This document shows, piece after piece, positions 8,451 through 16,253 of a stretch of 27,464 bases of DNA. Under the pieces are notes generated by a model. That model searched no databases. It worked only from the letters and a program-made list of their open reading frames with translations, and had not been told where the DNA came from. Both the position numbers and the translations under genes were made by a program. Position 1 is the stretch's first letter, and each line of letters opens with the position of its first letter. This stretch comes from Candidatus Ratteibacteria bacterium. GTDB taxonomy: Bacteria > Ratteibacteria > UBA8468 > B48-G9 > DTJG01. Location: the NCBI GenBank assembly GCA_049971295.1, contig JBMFLH010000019.1, forward strand, positions 1-27,464, given 5' to 3'.

Positions 8451-8495
8451 TTTTCTGTCAAACTGAATAATGTTAATTCTCAAAAAGGACCGTTG

Positions 8496-8876
8496 ATGAG
8501 AACGGCCAAGTGGATTACCGATATAGAAAATCTTGCAAAGAATGCGGGGCAATTCAAAACAAAGGACCTGATTGCCCTGGCAAAAAATTCAGGTATGAGT
8601 GTTTCACGTGCAACAGTGTATCGCGTGATAAACAAACTTTATAAAGCAGGAAAAATTGTTCAGATATCACATGCCAAAGAACGATATTTTGAATTTATTG
8701 GTCAGAAAGTTCATTATCATTTCAGGTGTAAAAAGTGCGAAAAAACGATGGAATTTTTTTCTGATAAAATAGAAAATTCTATCAAGGAAAGTGTAAACAA
8801 ACTTGGAATTTTAATGACCGAACAAAAACTCATCATAGAAGGCATTTGTCGGAAATGTTGCAAAATTAGAAAATAG
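8496..8876 (+). CDS. Fur-family transcriptional regulator (divergent)
   Basis: VSRATVYRVI recognition helix, HYHFRCKKC and C-terminal CRKC. Start at ATG 8496 after AAGGA. Confidence 0.88.
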   Translation: MRTAKWITDIENLAKNAGQFKTKDLIALAKNSGMSVSRATVYRVINKLYKAGKIVQISHAKERYFEFIGQKVHYHFRCKKCEKTMEFFSDKIENSIKESVNKLGILMTEQKLIIEGICRKCCKIRK

Positions 8877-8892
8877 AGTGATGAAAAAATTG

Positions 8893-9663
8893 CTATTGAC
8901 GGACTTCTGATTTTTCCTGTTTCAACCTGTTAACAACTAACTGCGCATTTTTTATTCTTTCTTTTGTTTCAGGGTGGTCGCGCAGAAAAGTCAATGGAAT
9001 AGAGGGTTGATTTTTTTCAAGTTCTTCCATTTTTTTGAAAAATGAAATCATTCCTTCAGGGTTAAATCCCGCGCGATAGGCATATGTCATTCCAAGGGTA
9101 TCTGCTTCTATTTCCTGATCCCGACTGTATTTCAGCATGGAAAGAGTGAACACAGTATCTGCCACCTGTTGTATGGCTTTCTGTCTTCCTGAACCAAGTA
9201 GAATACTTGCGGGAATGGAGTAGAGAATCTGTTTTTCAAGACGGTGAACTCCGTCTCTATTGCAGATATGGCCGATTTCGTGACCAACAATACAGGCAAG
9301 TTCATCAGGAGAACTTATCTGCTTTAACAACCCGGTATACACATAAACAAATCCTCCGGGAATAGAAAACGCATTTACTTCTTTGTTTTCTATTACCCTG
9401 AATGTATAGTTGAGATGACTTCTGTCATTGTTTCTGGCAACGCGAGCGCAAATGCTTGTAAATCCCGAAAATACCTTTTCAGGATTTTCGACAATTTTGA
9501 ACTGAGAACAAATTTTTTTATCCAGAGCAATACCCATGTCTATTTCATCCTGCTCTGTGTACACAGTGGTTTCCTGTTTTCCTGTTACTGGATTATAGTA
9601 AGTGGCACATCCAGACAACAAAATTACAGAAATCAGTCCAAGAAAAATGACAAATTTTTTCAT
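8893..9663 (-). CDS. M48-family zinc metalloprotease lipoprotein (BepA/YfgC/LoiP-like)
   Basis: Lipobox LLSG-C, NAFSIPGG, HEIGH, YSRDQEIEAD, FLRDHP. Confidence 0.93.
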   Translation of the reverse strand: MKKFVIFLGLISVILLSGCATYYNPVTGKQETTVYTEQDEIDMGIALDKKICSQFKIVENPEKVFSGFTSICARVARNNDRSHLNYTFRVIENKEVNAFSIPGGFVYVYTGLLKQISSPDELACIVGHEIGHICNRDGVHRLEKQILYSIPASILLGSGRQKAIQQVADTVFTLSMLKYSRDQEIEADTLGMTYAYRAGFNPEGMISFFKKMEELEKNQPSIPLTFLRDHPETKERIKNAQLVVNRLKQEKSEVRQ

Positions 9664-9674
9664 ATCACCCCCTG

Positions 9675-11045
9675 TTATTTACCAATGCAGAATCTGTTGA
9701 AAATTTCATCAATGACCTGGTCAGAAATGTTTTTTCCACTTATTTCGTCAAGACAGATGACACTATATCTTATCATTTCAGCAACAATGTCTATGTTTTT
9801 ATTGCTGGTTTCGTTCAATTCTTCAAGTATACTTATGGCTTTCTCAAGCGAGTTTTGCTGCCTGACATTGAGAATGAACTGCACATCATTTATACTGCAC
9901 ATTCCTGAATAAATCTTTTTCATAATTGCTGAGTGGAGATGATTCAGTCCATGCCCGGTGAGGCAGGATATTTTTACAATGTCTGAGTCAGCAGTATTTT
10001 CACGCAGAATTTTTTCATCCAGTCGGTTTGGAAGGTCGCATTTGTTGATAACAATGATATGCGGCCTATTCTTTGCCTCTTTTAGAATCAGTAGGTCAAT
10101 CTCTTCAATAGGATTGGATGAGTCAAGAACAATCAGTACCATATCAGCCTTTTTCATCCATTCTTTTGCGCGTTCCACGCCAATTTTCTCAATGCCTGAA
10201 CTGTGATACCTGATGCCTGCTGTGTCAACCACTGTGAATGGAATACCCTGAATGTTGATGATGGCCTCTATTGAATCTCTTGTGGTTCCAGGTATTTCAG
10301 ACACAATTGCCCTGTCTTCTTCAACGAGAAGATTGAGCAAACTGGACTTCCCAACATTTGGTTTTCCTGCAATTGCAATTTTTATGCCCTGTGTGAAGAT
10401 TCTTCCTGCCTGGCCCGTTTGCAAAACCTGTTTCATTTCCATAATCATATGATCCAACTGCTGGTATAAACTATCATTTGAGACTTCTCCGTAGTCCTCT
10501 GAAAAATCGATTTCATAATTAAGAAACGTAAGAATATCCATCAACCTTTTTCGGAATTCAGAAATTTTCATAGAAAGAGAACCAGTAAGTTGATTCACTG
10601 CTATTTCAAGAGATTTTTCGGTTTTTGCATTAACAATTTCAAGAATACTTTCTGCCTGAGACAGGTCAATTCTTCCATTGAGAAATGCCCTTTTCGTGAA
10701 TTCACCTGGTTGTGCAAGGCGTGCTCCATGTCGCAAACACAGTTCAATAACTGACTTAATGGCCGCCAGTCCTCCGTGACACCCAATTTCTGCCATGTCT
10801 TCTCTGGTATAGCTGGAAGGAGATTTCATCACTGTGACTAGTACTTCGTCCACGATTTTTTCACCGTCCACAATATATCCGTATCTGACTGTGTGTGTTT
10901 TCCATACAGTTGGTAGTTTTCTTCGTCTACCAGGTTTGAAAATCTTTTTTATAATCTGAAATGTTTCGGGTCCACTGAGCCTAATAATGCCAATCCCGCT
11001 GATTCCGTACGGCGTTGAAAGTGCACAAATGGTATCTTTTTCCAT
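9675..11045 (-). CDS. mnmE: tRNA modification GTPase MnmE
   Basis: DTICALSTP, SYTRED, GEFTKRAFLNGR, GKPNVGKSS, GTTRD, DTAG, NKCD, C-terminal FCIGK. Confidence 0.98.
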   Translation of the reverse strand: MEKDTICALSTPYGISGIGIIRLSGPETFQIIKKIFKPGRRRKLPTVWKTHTVRYGYIVDGEKIVDEVLVTVMKSPSSYTREDMAEIGCHGGLAAIKSVIELCLRHGARLAQPGEFTKRAFLNGRIDLSQAESILEIVNAKTEKSLEIAVNQLTGSLSMKISEFRKRLMDILTFLNYEIDFSEDYGEVSNDSLYQQLDHMIMEMKQVLQTGQAGRIFTQGIKIAIAGKPNVGKSSLLNLLVEEDRAIVSEIPGTTRDSIEAIINIQGIPFTVVDTAGIRYHSSGIEKIGVERAKEWMKKADMVLIVLDSSNPIEEIDLLILKEAKNRPHIIVINKCDLPNRLDEKILRENTADSDIVKISCLTGHGLNHLHSAIMKKIYSGMCSINDVQFILNVRQQNSLEKAISILEELNETSNKNIDIVAEMIRYSVICLDEISGKNISDQVIDEIFNRFCIGK

Positions 11046-11140
11046 GGCAATTGTTGTGTTATACTATTTTTATTATACCGCAACTTTTTTTTACTTTTGA
11101 ACATCTAATAAAAACAAGAAGTTAAACAGGGGGTTAAACC

Positions 11141-11995
11141 ATGGCGGCAAGAATCAAAAGTTACTTTCTACTTGGAATTCTCAGTGGATTATTTGTTTAT
11201 ATTGGAAGTTTGTTCGGGATTGACTGGATGATTTTTGCATTTGTTATGGCTCTGATTATGAACTTTGTCTCTTATTTCATGGGCGATAAAATTGTCCTTG
11301 CGATGACGAGAGCAGTGAAAGTGCCTGAAGACCAGATGCCACGACTTCACAGGATTGTTAAAGAAGTCGCAATATCTGCAGGCATACCAACACCAGCAAT
11401 TTACATAATACCCTCTGGAAGTCCAAATGCTTTTGCCACTGGAAGAGATCCAGCACATTCTTCGATTGCTTTCACTCAGGGAATACTTGAACTGCTTGAT
11501 GAAAGTGAATTGAAAGGAGTTATTGCGCATGAGATGTCACATATTAAAAACAGAGATGTCCTTGTTGCAACAATTGCAGCCACGATTGCAAGCGCCATTA
11601 TGATGATTGCACGAATGATTCAGTTTGCCGCGATTTTTGGTGGGGACAGTAGAGATTCAGAGCGTTCTGGTAATATCTTTTCTGTTTTTGCCATGATTGC
11701 GTTCGCAATTCTTATGCCCATAATCGCAACATTGATTAACCTTGCAATTTCAAGAAGCAGAGAATACCTGGCGGATGAAACAGGAGCAAAGCTTATTCAT
11801 AATCCTTTTGCGCTTGCAGGCGCATTGAGAAAACTCGCAAGAGGTGTGTCTGTTGCGCCCATGAATACTGTGAATCCATCAATCAGTCATCTTTTTGTCG
11901 TGAATCCATTTTCCGCAAAATCTTTTCTCAATTTGTTTTCCACGCATCCGCCGATTGAAGAAAGAATAAAAAGGCTTGAAAACATGTCATTCTAA
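11141..11995 (+). CDS. htpX: Membrane zinc protease HtpX
   Basis: PNAFATGR, HEMSH, SRSREYLAD, FSTHPP, multiple TM helices. Confidence 0.96.
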   Translation: MAARIKSYFLLGILSGLFVYIGSLFGIDWMIFAFVMALIMNFVSYFMGDKIVLAMTRAVKVPEDQMPRLHRIVKEVAISAGIPTPAIYIIPSGSPNAFATGRDPAHSSIAFTQGILELLDESELKGVIAHEMSHIKNRDVLVATIAATIASAIMMIARMIQFAAIFGGDSRDSERSGNIFSVFAMIAFAILMPIIATLINLAISRSREYLADETGAKLIHNPFALAGALRKLARGVSVAPMNTVNPSISHLFVVNPFSAKSFLNLFSTHPPIEERIKRLENMSF

Positions 11996-13081
11996 CGACC
12001 GGTTGTTTTTTTCAAACCATTTTACAACCGCATAAAATCTTTCAGGTTCTACGCTGATACCATCAGCGAAAACACCAAGAACAAAGTTTGCCTTCCTAAG
12101 TCGTGGAGTAATAATTCTGTCAAGGGCAGCAGGGATTTCTTCAATATCACTCAGAATAAAAATAGAAGGGTCAAGGGTACCGATAATAATGGTATCTTCG
12201 CCAAGAATATCCAGAGCAAGTTCCCATGGGGTATCTCCTGTTGGTGGTGGTGTGAGAGCATGAATACCATCGCATTCAGTTTGTTTAATAAGCGGAAGAA
12301 TATTTTTTACATGACCACACATGTGCAGAATTGCTGTTTTTCCTGCTTTTTTTACTTCTTGAACAAATTCATACTGATGAGGCATGTTAAATTCTTCGTA
12401 GATTTTCGGGCTGATATAATAAGTGCTTGTATTTTCAACGAGCATTATGCACCAGCAGGGATCCTGGGCAAGAATTTTGAATGCTTGTTTTTCAACATTG
12501 TGCATCGTATGAATAAGGTTTTTCATCTCATCTGAATAATCGTGGACAAGGTAATAGAAGTTGGCTGTACCCATATCAAGTTCTAGCAACCTTGGGATTG
12601 TTGAAGGTCCCCAGAATCTTGTTATGACACCAGAACTGCCAATCAGTTTTTTTAATGTGCTGTATGTTTGAGAATCATCATGTGGAATGAAGTATGCCTG
12701 TTCCCACATTTTCGTATAAATCTTTACCGCTTCAATGGAATCAACAGGATATTTAATAGGATGTCCTCCTTTGCCATAGATTCCCGTTAGATTTCCATAG
12801 CGAGTAAACCATTGTCTTACTGGTTTCTCGTTTTCCTGACGGCTTTCCTCCCTGACATACTCTGGCCATTTTAATTGTGGGGATTTGAATACAAATGGGG
12901 TATTCCATCCATTTAGAAACATGATGTCGCATCCAATATGCTTATAAAAATCAATCCCGTAATTGCCGCGCAGGTGGTCTGGTAAAAGATTCAAAGTATT
13001 GTCGTCAACCAGCGCTGTCCAGGAGAGAGAACCATTTGCCCTTTTGTTAAAAATTGCCAGAAGTTTTTCCTCTGATGTCAT
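11987..13081 (-). CDS. Uroporphyrinogen-decarboxylase/MtaA-CmuA superfamily protein of unknown substrate
   Basis: SPKIYEEFNMP, ILHMCG (HxC), TPPPTGD, IGTLDP; GGAGG SD. Confidence 0.75.
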   Translation of the reverse strand: MTSEEKLLAIFNKRANGSLSWTALVDDNTLNLLPDHLRGNYGIDFYKHIGCDIMFLNGWNTPFVFKSPQLKWPEYVREESRQENEKPVRQWFTRYGNLTGIYGKGGHPIKYPVDSIEAVKIYTKMWEQAYFIPHDDSQTYSTLKKLIGSSGVITRFWGPSTIPRLLELDMGTANFYYLVHDYSDEMKNLIHTMHNVEKQAFKILAQDPCWCIMLVENTSTYYISPKIYEEFNMPHQYEFVQEVKKAGKTAILHMCGHVKNILPLIKQTECDGIHALTPPPTGDTPWELALDILGEDTIIIGTLDPSIFILSDIEEIPAALDRIITPRLRKANFVLGVFADGISVEPERFYAVVKWFEKNNRSLE

Positions 13082-13136
13082 TGTTTTTCCTCCGGTTTAT
13101 TATAACGCAGAATACAAGGGCGTGAAATATTTATTT

Positions 13137-13166
13137 TTGACACCTGAACAGGGAAAAGATTATAAT
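13137..13166 (+). promoter_or_regulatory. Consensus sigma70 promoter for tRNA-Asp/thrS
   Basis: TTGACA (13137-13142)-N18-TATAAT (13161-13166), 12 nt before the tRNA. Confidence 0.8.
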
Positions 13167-13178
13167 ATAAAAAAATAA

Positions 13179-13252
13179 GGGGCCGTAGTTCAGCGGATTA
13201 GAATGCCGGACTGTCGATCCGGAGGTCGCGGGTTCGAACCCCGTCGGCCCCG
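13179..13252 (+). tRNA. tRNA-Asp (GTC); CCA not encoded
   Basis: GGGGCCG/CGGCCCC acceptor stem, G73, CCGGA-CT-GTC-GA-TCCGG anticodon arm, GCGGG-TTCGAAC-CCCGT T arm. Confidence 0.97.
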
Positions 13253-13331
13253 CTAAAATTTTCAAACTAACAGGGGTGAGAATTGAGCGAGTGAGCCATA
13301 CGACCAATTTTTCATTTATACAATCATCCAT

Positions 13332-15077
13332 ATGAACAAAAATCCTGACAATAATCTTGAAGCATTAAGGCACACGGCATCGCATATTCTTGCCCAGGCA
13401 GTAAAAAGGTTATACCCGGACACAAAACTCTGTATCGGTCCAGCGATTGAAAATGGTTTTTATTATGATTTCTACAGGAAGGAACCATTTACCCCTCAGG
13501 ATCTGGAAAACATTACATCTGAAATGAAAAACATTGTGAAGGAAAATTTGCCTGTTGAAAGGATTGAATGTGACAGAAAAAAGGCAGAAGAAATTCTTAA
13601 AAATGAACCTTTCAAACTTGAGATTCTTTCAGAAATTCAAGCCGAGAAGGTTTCTTTTTATAAACAGGGTGAATTCATTGACCTGTGTGCTGGTCCTCAT
13701 GTATCATCAACAGGCAAAGTGAAACATTTTAAGTTGACCGGTGTCTCTTCTGCTTACTGGAGAGGCGACGAAAAAAGGGAAAGCCTTCAGAGAATTTATG
13801 GCGTTTGTTTCCCTGAAAAAGAACAGCTTGACCAGTATTTGCTGACCATAGAAGAGGCAAAAAAACGAGACCACAGAATTCTGGGTCCTGCCCTGGGTTT
13901 ATTTTCTCTTCAACCCGATTTCGGACCAGGGCTGGTTTACTGGCATCCTGCAGGCGCCACAGTTAGAAAGATTATCGAGGATTTCTGGAGAGAGACCCAT
14001 CTTGAAAGAGGGTATCAACTTTTGTATACACCTCACATTGCAAGTATTTCTTTGTGGGAAAAGTCAGGACATCTTTCCTTTTACAGAGAAAATATGTATC
14101 CGCCAATGGATATGGGTCAGGGGATTTCTTATCAATTGAAACCCATGAATTGTCCTTTTCATATTCTCATCTATCAGACAACCCTGCACAGTTATAAAGA
14201 ATTTCCAATACGATGGGCAGAGCTTGGTACAGTGTACAGGTACGAAAAAGATGGTGTTTTGCACGGAGTACTCAGGGTCAGGGGATTTACTCAGGATGAT
14301 GCTCATATTTTTTGCAGGCCAGATCAGATAGAAAGTGAAGTTGTTGAAGTACTCGAACTTGTAATGTTTTTTCTTTCAAAATTTGGTTTTACTGAATACG
14401 AAATTTATCTTTCCACAAGACCTGACAAATTTGTTGGTTCTGTTGAAAACTGGGAAAAAGCGACTCAGGCACTTGAAAATGCACTTAAGAAAAAAAACCT
14501 TGAGTATCAAATAGACCCTGGGGAGGGAGTGTTTTATGGACCGAAGATTGATTTGAAAATACGGGATTGTCTGAAGAGAACATGGCAGTGTTCAACGATT
14601 CAGGTTGATTTTAATATCCCGGAGAGATTTGGTTTGAAATATGTGAATCAGGAGAATAAATTTGAAAGACCTATCATGATACACAGGGCGGTTATGGGCT
14701 CACTGGAAAGATTTTTTGGCATACTGATTGAACATTACAGTGGAAATTTTCCTCTATGGCTGGCGCCTGTGCAGGTGAAAATTCTGACGGTTGCAGATAG
14801 ATTTATACCTTATGGAGAACAGGTGGCACAATTGTGCAGGGAAAACAAAATAAGAGCAGGACTTGATATGTCTCAGGAATCTCTGAATAAAAAAATTCAT
14901 ATGGCAGAGAATGAAAAAGTTCCAGTGATTGTGATTGTTGGAGAAAAAGAACAATCAACAGAAACTGTTGCCGTCAGATTGCATAAAAAGGGGATGAAAG
15001 GCATTTTGCCATTAGAAGAATTTGTGAGAAAATTGAAGGAAGTTGATATAAATAAATCCACGGAGATAAACTTTTAA
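13332..15077 (+). CDS. thrS: Threonyl-tRNA synthetase (short form without the N-terminal TGS domain)
   Basis: RHTASH and DLCAGPH editing motifs, RDHR, KPMNCP, RVRGFTQDDAHIF, FYGPKID, MIHRA. Confidence 0.98.
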   Translation: MNKNPDNNLEALRHTASHILAQAVKRLYPDTKLCIGPAIENGFYYDFYRKEPFTPQDLENITSEMKNIVKENLPVERIECDRKKAEEILKNEPFKLEILSEIQAEKVSFYKQGEFIDLCAGPHVSSTGKVKHFKLTGVSSAYWRGDEKRESLQRIYGVCFPEKEQLDQYLLTIEEAKKRDHRILGPALGLFSLQPDFGPGLVYWHPAGATVRKIIEDFWRETHLERGYQLLYTPHIASISLWEKSGHLSFYRENMYPPMDMGQGISYQLKPMNCPFHILIYQTTLHSYKEFPIRWAELGTVYRYEKDGVLHGVLRVRGFTQDDAHIFCRPDQIESEVVEVLELVMFFLSKFGFTEYEIYLSTRPDKFVGSVENWEKATQALENALKKKNLEYQIDPGEGVFYGPKIDLKIRDCLKRTWQCSTIQVDFNIPERFGLKYVNQENKFERPIMIHRAVMGSLERFFGILIEHYSGNFPLWLAPVQVKILTVADRFIPYGEQVAQLCRENKIRAGLDMSQESLNKKIHMAENEKVPVIVIVGEKEQSTETVAVRLHKKGMKGILPLEEFVRKLKEVDINKSTEINF

Positions 15078-15078
15078 T

Positions 15079-15106
15079 TTGTCAGAATCAAAATTTTTTG
15101 TATAAT
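15079..15106 (+). promoter_or_regulatory. Internal promoter for infC-rpmI-rplT
   Basis: TTGTCA-N16-TATAAT directly after the thrS stop. Confidence 0.65.
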
Positions 15107-15141
15107 AGTATATGATGAAAATATGAGGAAAAGGAGAAAAT

Positions 15142-15651
15142 ATCGACCCACGCAGGTATAACATTAATTATAGAATAAGGGCATCTCAGGTGCGTTTGAT
15201 TGGAGAAGACGGTCAGCAGATTGGGATTGTGCCGAGAGATCAAGCCATAGCAATGGCAAAAGAACGTCTGATGGATCTGGTGGAACTTGTTCCAAACGCA
15301 AATCCTCCTGTTTGCAGAATACTTGATTTTAAACGTTTTCTTTACGAACAGAAGAAAAAAGAAAAAGAAACAAGAAAGAAACAAAAAACAGTTCAGATGA
15401 AAGAAATCCGTCTGAGGCCTGAAATAAGTGAACACGACTATAATTTCAAAAAACAACATATAGAAGATTTTTTAAAACAGGGGCATAGAGTTAAAGTTTC
15501 TATATCGTTCAAAGGCAGGGAGATACTTCATAAAGAACGGGGTTACAGTATATTGCAAAAACTTATCAATGACCTTGGACCTATTGCAAAGGTAGAGAGG
15601 AGTCCGCGAGAAGAAGGTAGATTTCTTAATGTAATTCTTATTCCTTATTGA
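15142..15651 (+). CDS. infC: Translation initiation factor IF3, non-canonical ATC start
   Basis: AAGGAG SD at 15131-15136, then ATC at 15142, giving MDPRRYNINYRIRASQVRLI...PPVCRILD...KEIRLRP. An in-frame TGA at 15124 excludes any upstream start. Confidence 0.95.
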   Translation: MDPRRYNINYRIRASQVRLIGEDGQQIGIVPRDQAIAMAKERLMDLVELVPNANPPVCRILDFKRFLYEQKKKEKETRKKQKTVQMKEIRLRPEISEHDYNFKKQHIEDFLKQGHRVKVSISFKGREILHKERGYSILQKLINDLGPIAKVERSPREEGRFLNVILIPY

Positions 15652-15669
15652 TTAAAAAAGGGAGTTTTT

Positions 15670-15867
15670 ATGCCTAAACTTAAAACAAGAAAGTCTGTGG
15701 CAAAGAGATTTAAAATCACAGGAACAGGAAAAGTATTACATTACAGGAGTGGCAAAAGCCATATCCTGACAAAAAAGAGCTCAAAAAGAAAAAGAAGACT
15801 TGCGAAACCAAAACTTCTTAAAGGAACTCAGGCAAAGATGATAAAGAAGATGTTGCCGTATTCATAA
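15670..15867 (+). CDS. rpmI: 50S ribosomal protein bL35
   Basis: [21 protein letters not shown]...HILTKK. Confidence 0.98.
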   Translation: MPKLKTRKSVAKRFKITGTGKVLHYRSGKSHILTKKSSKRKRRLAKPKLLKGTQAKMIKKMLPYS

Positions 15868-15881
15868 ACACAGGAGAAAAA

Positions 15882-16253
15882 ATGCCAAGAGCTACAAATA
15901 AACCAGCAGGAAGACACAGGAAGAAAAAAATTCTCAAACTTGCAAAGGGATACAGACAGGGTCGTTCAAAGCAGTATAAAAGAGCAAAGGAATTTGCAGA
16001 AAGAGGTCTTACCTACGCATATCGGGATAGAAGACAGAAAAAAAGAGATTTTCGAGGTCTTTGGATTACGAGGATTTCTGCTGCTTGCAAAGCAAATGGT
16101 ATCTCATATAGCACATTTATTCACGGACTAAACTGTCTTGGAATCAACATAAACAGAAAGGTGCTTGCAGAAATGGCTTATAATAGCCCAGAACAGTTCA
16201 ATCAAATAATTCAGCAGATCAAGGAGGTGACACAGGGTTCTGCTAAAACTTAG
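15882..16253 (+). CDS. rplT: 50S ribosomal protein bL20
   Basis: KILKLAKGY, YAYRDRRQKKRDFRGLWITRI, INRKVLAEMA. Confidence 0.98.
   Translation: MPRATNKPAGRHRKKKILKLAKGYRQGRSKQYKRAKEFAERGLTYAYRDRRQKKRDFRGLWITRISAACKANGISYSTFIHGLNCLGININRKVLAEMAYNSPEQFNQIIQQIKEVTQGSAKT

Noticed and set aside
8337..8495. ORF-track 53-aa extension of the Fur-family protein
   Set aside because: It covers the promoter region; the SD and family length point to ATG 8496.
9415..9912. 165-aa plus-strand ORF and the other antisense ORFs (e.g. 15088..15459, 22663..23103, 19148..19495)
   Set aside because: They lie opposite well-supported genes and have no motifs or SD; they are shadow ORFs.
13253..13331. T-box riboswitch upstream of thrS
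   Set aside because: The spacer is only 79 nt, with no AAGGTGGNACC T-box sequence and no terminator/antiterminator.
11987..13331. Integrative element at tRNA-Asp (or at tRNA-Gln)
   Set aside because: No integrase, no duplicated tRNA 3' end and no evident compositional shift.
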